DNA of 50,237 nucleotides, counting the filler, from Jimgerdemannia flammicorona (taxonomy: Eukaryota): the NCBI GenBank assembly GCA_003990765.1. It is 2 parts of 2 records of this genome, joined end to end, with 100 filler letters (N's around TTAATTAATTAA, not from the genome) between each part and the next. Parts side by side here need not be neighbours in the genome. Positions count along the whole stretch, not along the records: positions 1 to 25,074 come from RBNJ01000886.1; 1 more part is not named here. The stretch is one strand, 5' to 3'. This document shows, piece after piece, positions 1 to 12,337 of the stretch. Every line of letters starts with the position of its first letter. Positions within the stretch are counted from its first letter, which is position 1. Below the pieces are notes generated by a model. That model ran no database searches. It was not told the origin of the DNA and saw only the letters and a list, made by a program, of their open reading frames with translations. Both the position numbers and the translations under genes were made by a program.

Positions 1-2237
1 AACACTATAGTTTCACACTTGTACCAATTGAACTTAGCCCCAGAGTTCTCCTCATATCACTCTGCTGTCTTCATGAGCTCCTTAACATCAGCAATTGATC
101 TCAGGCTAATCACTATGTCATCTGCAAAGGCCCCAACTTTCCACCCAATTCCAAAGACAGAGAGCCCCACTATCTTCTGCCTGATTCTGTCCATTAGGGG
201 TTCCAGAAAAAGAGTATACAGAATGGGAGACAGTGGGTCTCTCTGGGGCACACCCTTACCCAGAGAAAACAACACCCCTCTATGTCCATTACACATGAGT
301 GCAGCCCTACTCCCTTTCAGTAGGCTGATCATTACTGACCAGAACTAGTGTGGTACCTCAGTCCTGTCCAATACCTTTGCCAGTCAGACTTGCTGCACCT
401 GGTTGTAAACCTTCTCCTGGTCCAAGAAGATCAGTTGCCCATCCAGTCCACAAGCTCACACCCCTTCAATAACTCCATGCACCCAGGCTGTGCCATCCCT
501 AATGAGTTGGCCTCTTACAAAACCCCTCTGTTCCACACCCAAGACTTGCTGGGCCACCTTCTGTAGCCTCGCAACCACTACCTTAGTTACTAACTTTCTG
601 TCTATGTCTAGCAGCATAATCAGCTGCCAGTTCTTTCCATCCTCTTGCCTTTCTTTGTTCTTGTAAAGCAATGTCACCAGCCCCAGATCCTGCTTCTCCA
701 CCCATCTCCCAGTCTGTAGTATAAAATCACACAATGCCATCATCTCACCCAGTACTCCTGGGACCCCCACCATCTTCTTCCAGAAGTCTCAGAGCAGACC
801 ATCCTCCCCAGGAGCCATACCTGACATTGTTATGGCAAGAACCTGGTGGATCTCCTCCTCTTGTACTGGCAACACCAAGTCATCCAGCCTGTCCACTTGT
901 GGGGAGTGCCAATCCTCTAATACCCAATCAATGGCAGCAGCATCAGCCCCACCCACCTCCTTACTCCACAATCCACTCCATCACTCCTTTAATAATCCAA
1001 AAACATCTTGTATACTATGTACTAGTATAACATTAGAGTTAAACACCCCCTCCCATCTTTGCTGTATCCTTCTCACCTGAAGAGCCCTTGTGAGGTACTT
1101 TGAGGGCCTCTCCTATTCCTTCAAACTCTGCTAATAAAGACATGCCACCAAACTCTGCACCCTTGCCTCTTCCTCTTCCCACAATACCTGTTGTAATTCT
1201 CCAACCTCTATTTTTGCCCTCATTAATCTCCAATCCTCTCCACCCTCCAATATTGCTAGCCCTGCCCAATCCTCTAAGAGTCTAGTCAGTCTAATAGAAG
1301 CCAATTTCACCTGTCACCTCCTCTGCCTCCCAGCCTCCTTGCCAGCCTCACTCCAGTAGACCCTGGCCATCTCTTTCATCCTCATCCACCAAACACCAAC
1401 AGGGACACCCTCCTGCCTCCAGCTTTCCACCCTCAGTTAAATGTCTTCAGCCCACTCATCCCACTGGGTCCTATCATCTAATAAAGATGAATTGAGGCAC
1501 CAATGTCCAGGTCCATTCCCACTCCCCCCAAAATGACCCTGTCCTAACAACCTCCAATGATCCGACCATAGATACCATTCCACCTCCAGCAACTTCTAAA
1601 CATCCAAGCCCCAGCAGCTAGCTGTCAAAATCCAGTTAATCCTCATCCCCAGACCCCCTGCCCAATGTGTGTATACCCTCCTATCCTCCCAACTCTCCCT
1701 ACCAGCATCCACCAGAGCACTCAGCCTTTCTACTTCCTCTAATACCACCAGCCCTCTACTCCTACTCTCAGCTCCCCATCCTTCATCTGTTCTATCCATC
1801 AGTACATTCTAGACCATATTGAAGTCTCAATTAAGTATATCCACCCCAGTCTCTGTAATAACCCCACTCTCCTAGAGACTCTTCACCTAATCCACATGCT
1901 CACTCTGTACAGCAGGGCAGTAACAGGAGTCCACTGTGACCAGCTCCCAACCTGTATGTATCCACTCTCCCCAGACCAATCTATCCCCCCAGCTCCTTAT
2001 ATCCTGTATCTCCCCTCTGTCTTTCCAGACCAGAATCCCAACCCTGTCCTTCCAAATTGCCTTACCTCTCCATTATTTCATCCATTCCAGCCTATCTAAA
2101 TCATCCTCACACCTGACATTCTGCAAGAAGAAGAGATCAGCCTCCAATCCCTTCAGCTAAGTAAAAATGTTCCTATGTCAAGAAGCATCTGATAACTCAT
2201 TTATGTTCAAAGAAAGAATATTGGTTATACTATTCAT
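1..2237 (-). pseudogene. LINE ORF2 pseudogene (APE endonuclease + reverse transcriptase)
   Basis: Starts MNSITNILSLNINELSD; APE-like RINWIL and SDHLE, and GPGHWCLNSSLL; RT motifs LLYKNK..KNWQLIMLLDIDRK, EQRGFVRGQLI, GVPQRDPLSPILY, AFADD; many stops and frameshifts. Confidence 0.9.
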
Positions 2238-2292
2238 AATAAAATATGGTATGTTATCAAGTCCATCCCTACTACTCTATATTTATCTCTTC

Positions 2293-4265
2293 CTATACTA
2301 TGTCCAGATTATGTTCCACAGTCACCTCCTCCTCTGCAGCCCTCTGAGCCTCCAATCCAGTCATCTCCCTATCTGCCTTCTCCTCAAACTCCTCCTGGTA
2401 CTCCAGGCAGGCCTCCTGCCAGAGCTGCAATCCATGACACTTGTTCCAGCAGTATTCAGCCCTCTCACCCATGATACCTGTCAGCTCTGCCTCCATCTCC
2501 TTATCCACCTCATACCCTTCCTCCTCCAGATATACTGCAAGGATTTCTGCCTTCAATGTCAACACCATACCATCTCCCTGAGGGATCTATACCCAACGAT
2601 CATCACTCATTACCCTCAGGTCCACCTCCCCCAACTCTTCAGCCACTAGGTTATTTATCATCCTATAGATCCAAAGTAGGATCCCCACCTCCTTCCCTCC
2701 AGGAGTTGCCAGCCTCCTGCCATTCAGCATCGTTGTATCAGCCCTGGCACTTGTAGACTCATACTACACTTCTGGGATATCCACCAGTTCCTCCCCTCTA
2801 ACTGCCACCACTTGTCTCCTATTCACCACCTCTGGAACTCCAAATTGCACTTGCTGGGCCCCCCACATTGCCACATCCTCTACCACTCTGCTTCAGGAAG
2901 CCAGACCTCACCTGATAAGAGGAGTAGGGATAGGTGGGTTCCCTCCAGCCTCCTCCCAGATCTCAAATGTACCATCCACATATGGGTCATTACCAGTCTC
3001 CTCCCTGTCCTCTCCATTCTCCTTCCCTGCACTCCTGCCACCCTTGTCAGCCCAGACACTCTCTTTGGTACCCCCCATCTTCACCATTCTGCCCACCTCC
3101 TTCTGTGGTCTACCCTCTAGCTTAGCTAGCAAATCTTCTATCTCCTACATTCCTGAGCTCTTTTCCACTGTCAATGTCTACTTGAATCCTCTTCCCATCC
3201 ACCACCTCCAAGTGTATTGACTCCACAAAGGTCTTCCAAGCCTTCACCCACTGCTCCACAGTACCACTCAGCTCTTTCAGTACTTCCAATAAGTCCTCTT
3301 CCTCCTCCTCACTCCCCTTCACCCTCATCAACTTGTATAAGATCACCCCCCAGACCATCACTGAAGGCATCCCTTGCCTTCCTGGTAGCTTTGTTCCCTA
3401 CCAGCTGAATCCTCACATCAACATCTCCAGTCCTGAGCAAGGTCACTTCCCAGACTCTGAATCTGATATCCACCACCTCTCCATACTCCACCATGACCTC
3501 CTTGACTCTCCTTCTTATCTCCACTACCATCACCATGAGCACTCCTGTTACCAGCAGTTATACCACTCTGGAATCCCATCTCAGGCAATGTGTCATTAGA
3601 ATGCACACCTCCCCAACAGTCAATCCAACCTTCAGTGCCTCCTCCAAAGGCCCAGCCTCCTCAAAGCCCACCTCCACTCCCTCCAATCTCTTCAGAAACT
3701 TTACTGATACTGCTCCATCCACCTGCTTATCTATAAGCCCCAGTACTATTTTTGCTATCACTGCTAGGCCCCAGAAGTACAGTGTAACTATGAATACCAA
3801 GATCGATTTTTTGAGTAATTGGGCCACCACCAGGCCCATCACACCATCTGCCAAATCCCCCTAACTTCCAAGCCCCAGCTGCTCAGCTGCACTATCAGTA
3901 GTTCCATCTGGATTTTTTTCCAGATTGACAGTCCTATCACCATCAGCCATTATACTCACCCCAGCTGCTACACACCCAGCTCCACTTCTTCCACTGCTAA
4001 GGACTACTCTCCCATATACTGCTGTCTTCTCCATCTTCTTGGCTTTCCCCAGCCATCCCTCTAACCCAGATGCCTGCTGTCTCCCCTTTACTATCTCCAC
4101 AAAGCTTGCTCTCCCAGACCCCTGTCCTCCACTACTACCTTGTCCTCCTGTCAGCAGTCCCCTCATACCACCCCCCAGGCCAGGGCCTCTCACCATATAC
4201 TGCCAGTTGAATGTGCTTGGGCCACCCTGCCCTGTATACATCTCAGATTGTCTGTTGATTGCTAT
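2293..4265 (-). pseudogene. LINE ORF1 pseudogene
   Basis: Chain of minus-strand ORF pieces upstream of ORF2 (MYTGQGGP..., SVKFLKRLEGVEVGFEEAGPLEE, YLEEEGYEVDKE) matching the same peptides in the copy at 20999-23027. Confidence 0.75.
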
Positions 4266-4894
4266 GTTACTAGTCTCTTTTCTCCAAAAATAATGTTGTA
4301 AGTACTTTCCAAAGATTATATAATCTGAATGGTACCAGAGAAAAGTTTGACCTCTCAACCTATTACTTTACTTCTCTACTCAGATATAAGATTATATATA
4401 TATTAGAGATTATCAGATTATAATAAATTTTTTATAAATATTGAGTTATTTTCTATCATACAGAAATCAATAATATAACTTATAATAGTAAATAATTATA
4501 ATATAAATAATATCAAAAAAAAAATTAAATATTAGCCAGTATTATAATAATAGATAAATATTATAAAAATAAGAAATAGATACTAATAAATATAAATAAT
4601 AAAAATATTTTATAATTATGAAAAATAATATAAATAGGACTAATTAACTAATATAACAGTGACCTCAGAATAATGACATCAGCACAGGAGACAGCCTTTT
4701 CTTGCAAGCCACCAGATCAGAGCACAAGAAGATCATACAGCATATAAGATAAGTAATTATGACCAACTGTGAGTCATTGTGACCACAGTTCAGGCATCTT
4801 GAGAAATATAAAAGAAGGATTAAGAAACTGCTGTAGCAGCAACTCAATAAGATCCACCAATCCTAAAATATCTCAAAGACTTACCATAAATGAA

Positions 4895-6171
4895 ATGCCT
4901 GCTGCTTGCCAAACCTCAAGATCAAGGAACTACCAAGGCACCTCAGTCAAAGAAAGGATGTTCCAAGATATCAGAAGAGTCTTGAGGACTTACATAAGAA
5001 GGACTCCTAGTGTCAACCTGGGCACTGGTGACCCTTATCACTATATCCTCTACTGCCATGAAATGGAAACAAGGATCACTATTGCTACTGAATACCTCCA
5101 AATGTGGCAGGAGTATGAAATAGGAAACCTTCTCTGCCAGGAGTTCCCACAGACCAGCCCTCAAGAGTAACAAGATACCACTCCCATGGATATATACAAA
5201 ACAAGAATAGCTAAGAAGTTCCATCAGATCTTCAGACATGCATCATGGTTGATCCCCTACTTAGAGTATGTTAGAGTCTCAGAATTCAGAGACCTATCAG
5301 CCCACCATATCAATGCACTAGAAGCCAGAGTGGCTACAGAAACCCAGTCCACTATCACCCTCAATCATGATGAAGTAGAAGTCTTCTGGCTAGTGCTTCC
5401 AACAAATTGAATTGAATTGAATTGGACCCAAATTCGATTCAATTCGAAAACTTCAAATTGAATTGAGGCCCAATTCAATTTGAATCAATTTGAATTGAGG
5501 TCCAATTCGATTTGAGGTCCAATTTGAACTCTATTTTTAGAAATTAAATAGCTCGACGAATACATATCCAAATTCAATGTTCTTTAGCTTGTTAGATTCT
5601 TCTTATATAGGGATATCTATCAAGCTAATGATCAGTGAATTTGGACGTGTATTCGTCGAGTTATTACATTTCTAAAAATAGGTTTTGAATTGGACCCTCA
5701 ATTCAATTTGAATTCAATTCGATTTGAACTCAATTCTAATTGAAAAATCCCCAATTCGATTCGATTTGAATGACCCTCAATTCAATTTGATTCAAATTGA
5801 TTAGATTCGTTTGGGAGCACTACTTCTGGCATCCCATCCTCCAGGACAACCCAGACCAATTCCTGCAAGAATTGATCTCAGTATTCCAAGGCCCAAGCAT
5901 CCAGGTTAGACCTCCCCAAGACCCCACATTTGTCCCCTATTTCGTTGAAGAGAACCTCATAGACTGGAGAGCTCCAAACCTTCTTGTTCCTGCCGCTGCT
6001 GAATGTGATGACATCATTGGCAATAATGTCATCCTATGCAACATATACGAAATGTACAACCTGTACGATGATGATGGGAAGAATGAAACATTCATGGACC
6101 TCATCTCCTTCAAAGACATCCTGACCTCTGATGAGGATGAAACCTCTATGGTCTTGAACATTCTGCCCTAA
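4895..6171 (+). pseudogene. LTR (U3)-encoded accessory ORF, about 270-280 aa, here interrupted by a MITE
   Basis: MPAA..RMFQDIRR..GDPYHYILYC..WQEYEIGNLL..TAKKFHQIFRH..VSEFRDL..FWHPILQD..MVLNILP*; the same frame is seen in all six family A LTRs. Confidence 0.75.
5391..5822. mobile_element. Non-autonomous hAT-type MITE, 432 bp, foldback
   Basis: TIRs TAGTGCTTCCAACAAAT / ATTCGTTTGGGAGCACTA; 8-bp TSD CTTCTGGC at 5383-5390 and 5823-5830; empty site in the sister LTR at about 13063-13070. Confidence 0.9.
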
Positions 6172-6425
6172 GTTCCTTAATTATACTGAATTATGCCAGC
6201 ACTCTTTTCCTGTATAACAGCTGTTCCTCCACTGGCATTCTGATGTGACTTAGAATTATTCTGGCATCATTTTCCTGTATCACCAAAATTATACCAGTAT
6301 CCTGAACCTGTGTAACCATCAGTACTGACACTGGAACTTAGCAGTTTTCCATATCCTGGTATTTTGTTTGATTATTGGAATTTATATTTAGCTTTATATC
6401 TTAGTAACCATTGAATTATATTTTG

Positions 6426-6458
6426 TATAAATATCCCTTTTATTTCCTCTGAAATAAA
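6426..6458 (+). promoter_or_regulatory. Family A LTR TATA box (TATAAA) and polyadenylation signal (AATAAA)
   Basis: TATAAAT..AATAAAG at the same position in every complete family A LTR. Confidence 0.6.
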
Positions 6459-6670
6459 GTCAATTCCTCTCAGTATAATACATACAATTTCTTACAAGCA
6501 ATTTAAAGAGATAACAAGACAGTTTAAAGATAAGAAGTTTGAGAACTATAAGACCTTGGGAAGATACTCCAATAAGAACTTGCTTATAACAAACTTGAGT
6601 TAGTCTAAGAGATATATCTTGAAGAGAATCTGACATATTCAAAGGACTCAGCAACCACTACACGACAACT

Positions 6671-6688
6671 TGGTGCCCATTGGCTGGT
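6671..6688 (+). other. Primer-binding site TGGTGCCCATTGGCTGGT (tRNA not identified)
   Basis: 3 nt after the LTR end, begins TGG; identical in element B at 38943-38960. Confidence 0.8.
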
Positions 6689-6793
6689 GATTTAAGATAA
6701 ATCTCTCACTTTTAAGCTGTAAAATGAACAACCACTACAACAACTACCCTGACTACAAGGGTCACCCCTGCAAGAATTCAAGATAAGATAGAA

Positions 6794-9700
6794 ATGCATC
6801 CCCCCACATTCTATGTATATACTACTGAAGAGTCAATTCTGACCTTCATTGAAGACTTTAAACTATTCACCACCATATGAGCTCTTGGTATGGATGCACA
6901 ATTAGCTCTTCTATCTGTCAGTCTCAGAGGACCTGTTAGAGACAAGTTCAATGTAGCTACTATTGCTGATAATGGTGTAGCCAAACTTGCCAACATGAAG
7001 GCCTTCTTCAGAACAATATACTATACTGAAGAGATCAAGCAAGCTCTCAAGGATCAACTCAATACTATCTGCCAGAGACTCAGCAAAGATCCCAACTCAT
7101 TCTATACCCATATCTGCTACCAGATTGTCTTGGCTGGCTATAATGATGCCCTTAAGGAATAAATAGCAGATTCAATTTTTCTCAAAGGAGTTCACCCTGA
7201 AATTGCCCTAGCAATCTGATCTATCCCAGCTATACTGACCCTTGATCAGAAAGTAGTCTTTGTACAGAGATATTAGACTGCCAGACACCCTGCCAAATAC
7301 TCAATAGAGAAAATAACTGGCATCAAGATGGAGTCATCAAAGTTAACTAGTATCATACCCACTATAGTTGTAAATGGACAACCATCCCCACTTATCTCCA
7401 AGACAGCCAAAGCTGACCCAGTGGAGGAACTCACCAAGCAGTTCACCAAGATGACTGCACACCTTAGTGATGTTGTTAGAGAAGTCCAAAGCACCACAGG
7501 AGACCAGTGCAGAGATTTGTAGCTGCTACAGAAGAATGCAATATCACATGCTTCAGATGTGGAGAGGAAGGCCACTATGCAAAGAGCTGCATGACCAAAA
7601 TAAGATGCAAAGCCCAATCAAGCAATGTTAGCAGAACCAGAGAACAAACCAATACAGTAGTCATCAAGGAGATTGGTGATACTGATGATGAAGAATACTA
7701 TGAGGAGCTCGAATTCTACCCTGCTACTGAAGGTACCAGAACCCAGTCCAAGCCCTATGACAAGAAGAGCAACAGCAAGCCAGTTGGAAGACCAAAGAAG
7801 ACCCTAGCTGTCACTATTCAAAGCAAGACCCAATCTAAGGAGATTGATCAAGACATAGAGTTAGATAAAGCTGTCTGTCAAATTATTAAAGACACTACTC
7901 CAGTCTCAGGAGAAAGCAAAAGCAATAAGGAACAGAAGCTATGCAAGACCAAGATCCACCAGTATGATATCTACAAGGACCTCAAGAAACAGAAGGTCAA
8001 TACTACTTTTGGACAGCTAGCTGAAGTCCCTGCCTTCAGACAGTAGTTAAGAGTAGGACTTATAACTACTGCCTAGAATCAAGAGTACAAGATTGTAGAA
8101 GCTCACAATGCACAAGAAGATGATCAAGAAGACTCAGGCAAAGAATCTGAAGACTAGTGCAAAACATCAGCCTATACCTATGTCAGATCAAAGATTGTAT
8201 CTTTGATACTATCATTGATACTGATGCTGAACAATGCCTTATGAGCAAGAAGGCAATTGACCACCTAGACTGGGACATCAAAGAGTCTACCAAGATAGTC
8301 TATGTCACAGCAGTTGCTATATGAGCTATCCTTCTTAGCAAAATCTGAGAAGTGCCCATTAAGATACCATCTCAGTAGATGTGATTGTTACAAGCACCAC
8401 CAACTATGACATCCTTATCAGCAACCAATGGCTTCACAAGACCAAGGCCTTCATTGGCCTCAATGCCCAGAAGATGCAGATCAACTATAGAGGAAGAAAG
8501 GTATGAGTCTCTATCAATATCCACAAAGAAGTTCTATCAGACATAGAGGAAGGAGATGAGGAGGACACAGAAGTCTTCATACACTCAGTGAACAAGAACA
8601 AGAATAAAACACCCAAGCTCACAGATGAGCAGTGGTATAACAAGATCATCAATAGCTATACCCCTTAAGGAAGATGCCCCCATGGTACTAGAATGTACTG
8701 CTCTGAACACCTGAATGACTGCTAGTCTGATATCAGTGAAGTCAGGAAAATCTACCAAGAGAAATATGAGCAAGAAGCTATTAAAGCAAAAAAGAAAGCT
8801 AAAGAAGATGACCAGCCCCCCAAGCTTTAAGCTGACAGTGATGATGAGGAGGAACAAGAACCAGATATCACTCTCAAGGTCAAGAAGTTTCACCCCAAAG
8901 CCAAGATCCCAGAATACAAGACTGAAGGAGCCATAGGAATAGACCTTGCCAGCATTCAAGATGCTACCCTCAAACCACAGACCACCACCCAACTTGGCAC
9001 TGGAATTGGAGTCAAGTTGCCAGAGAACTATGCCAGAATTATCAAGACCAGGAGCAGTCAGGTCAAAAGTAAAATCTCAGTTAAAGGAGGAGTAATTGAC
9101 TCTGATTATACTGGTGCAAACTTTCTCATAGTCAGGAATCACAACTCCACCATCCCATTCAAGTTAAGGAGTATGACAGGATTGGCCAGATGCTGATCCA
9201 CGAAATCAAGAAGCCTAAGATCACTGAAGCCATCAAACTCATCAAGACCAAGAGAGGAGAACAAGGCTTTGGATCTACTGGAAGAGGAGCCTATGCTGCC
9301 ACCAAGATTACCAAACTTGAGCACAAGAGAGATAAGGACCAGAACAAGCACACATATACCATTGGGGAAAACTTTCCCCTGAAAGAACAACTTCTCAAGA
9401 TCCTGCACCAGAATGAAGGAGTACTTACTATAGACTTCAGGGATATTTACAATCAAGAACCCAAGTACTATCATGAAGTTGATACTGGCAATACCAAGCC
9501 CATCTACCAGAAAGCCAGACCTATACCACCTGCCTACAGAGAATGACTGTGAGCAGAACTCAAGGAAATGGAAGAAGTCAGAATCATCAAGCAAGCTATC
9601 AGTCCCTGGGCTTCACCCATTGTTCTTGTCCTGAAGAAAAGAAGCAAGTCTGGAGAGTTTGTACCAAGACTCTGCATTGACTACAGAAAGCTCAATGCAA

Positions 9701-10807
9701 TTACTAAGAAGGATAGGCAGCCCTTGCCAAATATTCAAGAAATTCTTACCATCCTTGAAAGCAAAGCCAAATACTACACTACCTTGGATCTGTTCTCAGG
9801 CTTCCATCAGATTGGTCTCACTCAAGATGCCAGTGAGAAATCAGCTTTCATTCCACCTGATGCCACCTATATCTACCTGTGAATGCCATTTGGAATGTGC
9901 AATTCCCCAGTAAGTTTTCAGTGAATGATGAACAGAGTCTTCAGCAACAAGATTGAAAAATGGCTCTTTGTCTATGTTGATGATGTGATTATCTTCAGTA
10001 ATACTGTATGAGAACATATCAATCATATACAGCTATCCCTCAAGAAGCTCAAGAAGTATGGCCTCTACATCAAGCCCAAGAAATGTAAGTTTATACATAG
10101 CTCAGGAAATTGCCTACCTAGGATACCTCATTAACCAGACCAGAATCCACACAGACCCCATGAAGATCAAGGCTGTTGCAACCTACCTGAGACCCAGAAC
10201 AATCACAGAAGTCTATGCCTTCCTTGGACTGGCCTCCTACTACAGAAGATTCATCAAAGAATACTCCAACATTATAGCACCTATCTACAAGCTACTGAAG
10301 AAAGAGACCAAATTCAAATGAACCAAGGAATGCCAAGAAACCTTCAATGAACTCAAGACCAGGTAGACCCAAGCACCTATCCTCAGAAGACCAGATTGGA
10401 ATCTAGAATTAATACTGCAGACAGATGTGAGTACTATAGGACTTGGAGCAGTCCTAGCTCAGAAGAAAGATGGATATAAATATATCATCTCCTATGTAAG
10501 CTGAGGTACTCACAGAGCAGAACAGAACTATGAGTCATATAAGCTCAAATGTTTAGCAGTAGTTTGGGCAGTAGACAAGTTCCACTACTACCTAGCCAGG
10601 AAACACTTTACTATTCAAACAAACCATTCTGCTCTTGCCTGGCTGTTCCACACTCTGAACCCCAAAGAAATATATGTCAGATGGATCTATAGGCTATAAG
10701 AGTATGACTGTACTGTCAAGCACTGCTCAGGAAGAACCAATACCAATGCTGATGCACTCTCAAGGATACCCTGAAATACTCTCATCAAGACTATTCAACA
10801 TGAATAA
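6794..10807 (+). pseudogene. A1 gag-PR-dUTPase-RT-RNaseH polyprotein pseudogene
   Basis: Zn knuckle CFRCGEEGHYAKSC; protease IIDTDA (DTGA in other copies); RT SPWASPIVLV, RLCIDYRKLN, LDLFSGFHQI, YVDDVIIF; RNase H LQTD, NADALSR; ends IQHE*. Confidence 0.92.
8866..9284 (+). pseudogene. dUTPase domain between protease and RT
   Basis: All five trimeric dUTPase motifs: GIDL, TRSS, GGVIDSDYTG, RIGQM, RGEQGFGSTG. Confidence 0.92.
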
Positions 10808-12034
10808 GGAGTTATAATCAGCTACCTTGAGCAGCAGAAGATGCCCAACCACCTCAAACCCTGGACAATCACCATCATCAACTGGACTTAGAATTAGTTT
10901 GAACTAGACAACACTATACTCAGAAAAGGAGGAAAGCTAGTAATACTCAAATACAAGATGTATCAAGTAATGAAGGAAGTACATGAGCAAGGACACCTAG
11001 GAGGAATCAATACATATAACAAGGCAAAAACAACCATTTAGTGGCCCAAAATGTGAGCAGACCTGTGCCCATTTGTGAAAGGGTGTGATAAGTATCAAAA
11101 ACAGAAACAAGATCAGCAAGACCAGACACCTGGGTCATCAAAAATTAAGTCTATCCCCTTTTACCATATCACAATGGATATCATTGGGCCACTACCAGTA
11201 ACACTATCAGAAAACTGCAATATTATAGTTATTGTAGACCTCTTTACCAAATGGATAGAAGCAGGAGTATTACAAGAAGCCAATGCCCTCTCTATAGCTG
11301 ACTTCCTGCACCAAGAAAGTATCTGCTGCTACAAGATACTGAAGCAAATCACAACAGACTATGGTACAGAATTTGTCAATAGATTCTATGAGATAATGTA
11401 TCAGAAATATAAGATTTGGCACAAGACCACTGTGTACCACCTTGAAGGAAATGGACAGACAGAAAGAACCAACAAGACCCTCAAGAACATTCTGGTGAAA
11501 ATCTCAGAGACATATGAGAATTGGGATAACTACTTCCCAACTACTCTCTCTGTTCTATGAGATATATAGTCACAGAGCACACACTTTACCCCAAGAGAAC
11601 TGCTCTTCAGAGAAGAAGATTCTAATGGAACCTCAGCCACAAAACTAGACCTAACTTGGAGATAGATCAATGCAGAAATCTGGAGACAACACCAAATCAG
11701 GAAGAAGGCTGAATATTACATCATCAAGTCACAAGTGCTGATAAGAAAGAATACAGAAAAGAATCACAAGATCCTAGAACCTATCCAAATTGGAGAAAAG
11801 GTCCTATTGTATTGAAATATAGTAGAAGCCTCATGGTAATGAAAATTGGAGCCCAAATGGGAAGGACCCTTCTACATACAAGATATCAAGAGAACTACCT
11901 TCTGGCTTAGAAAAATCTCAGGGACCATACTGCCTACCATGATACATAGGAACAGACTCAAGAAGTATCATGAACCTATATAAGAGAAGCAAAACATGAT
12001 GACCACCCATGAGATTCTAGTCCACAAATCATAA
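10800..12034 (+). pseudogene. A1 integrase (HHCC-DDE-GPF), separate reading frame
   Basis: HEQGHLGG..CDK, MDIIGPLP, ITTDYGTEF, NGQTERTNKTLK, KLEPKWEGPF; no chromodomain seen. Confidence 0.9.
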
Positions 12035-12337
12035 CAGTATGTCCCATGACCAGCAGGCTATCTGTCTGGACCATTCTCTAAGAGATATGGCACTAGCAAC
12101 TACTCATCTGTGAGACTTTCAAAGCCAGAGGAGTTTGAACTGTCAACTGATTGGTCAAGATCAGAATCAGACCCTTGCTCTATATGAATGGAATGATCCT
12201 GCCAAAATATATAGGGAAGATGCCAGCCCATAAATACCAATTTTCGACTCTTTATCAGAGGTTATGAGATCAGCAAATTTTTCAGGACTGGACCAATGAA
12301 TAAGAATGCTCAAGAAGATCCTTATTCAGGTGGAAGA

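Larger units (their letters stand above)
1..4345 (-). mobile_element. Non-LTR retrotransposon (LINE, L1/Tx1-like), degenerate, 3' part runs off the window start
   Basis: Minus-strand ORF1 followed by ORF2 with APE and RT motifs; colinear with the second copy at 17780-23105; 5' boundary approximate. Confidence 0.9.
4652..6667 (+). repeat. A1 5' LTR (about 1.58 kb plus MITE insertion)
   Basis: Starts TATAACAGTGACC (decayed TGTAAC), ends CACGACA; matches 12338-13906. Confidence 0.93.

Noticed and set aside
19..4293. Pro/Ser/Leu-rich plus-strand ORFs over the LINEs (and hydrophobic antisense ORFs over the Gypsy pol genes)
   Set aside because: Antisense shadows of purine-rich coding strands; not conserved as frames between copies.
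4895..6171. U3 ORF or ORF3 as a retroviral env gene
   Set aside because: No signal peptide or transmembrane helix visible, and it is short for an env.
6671..6695. PBS assignment to tRNA-His, -Lys or -Sec
   Set aside because: Only the first 7-9 nt fit any candidate I can recall, and CpG decay blurs the ancestral sequence; host tRNA sequences are needed.
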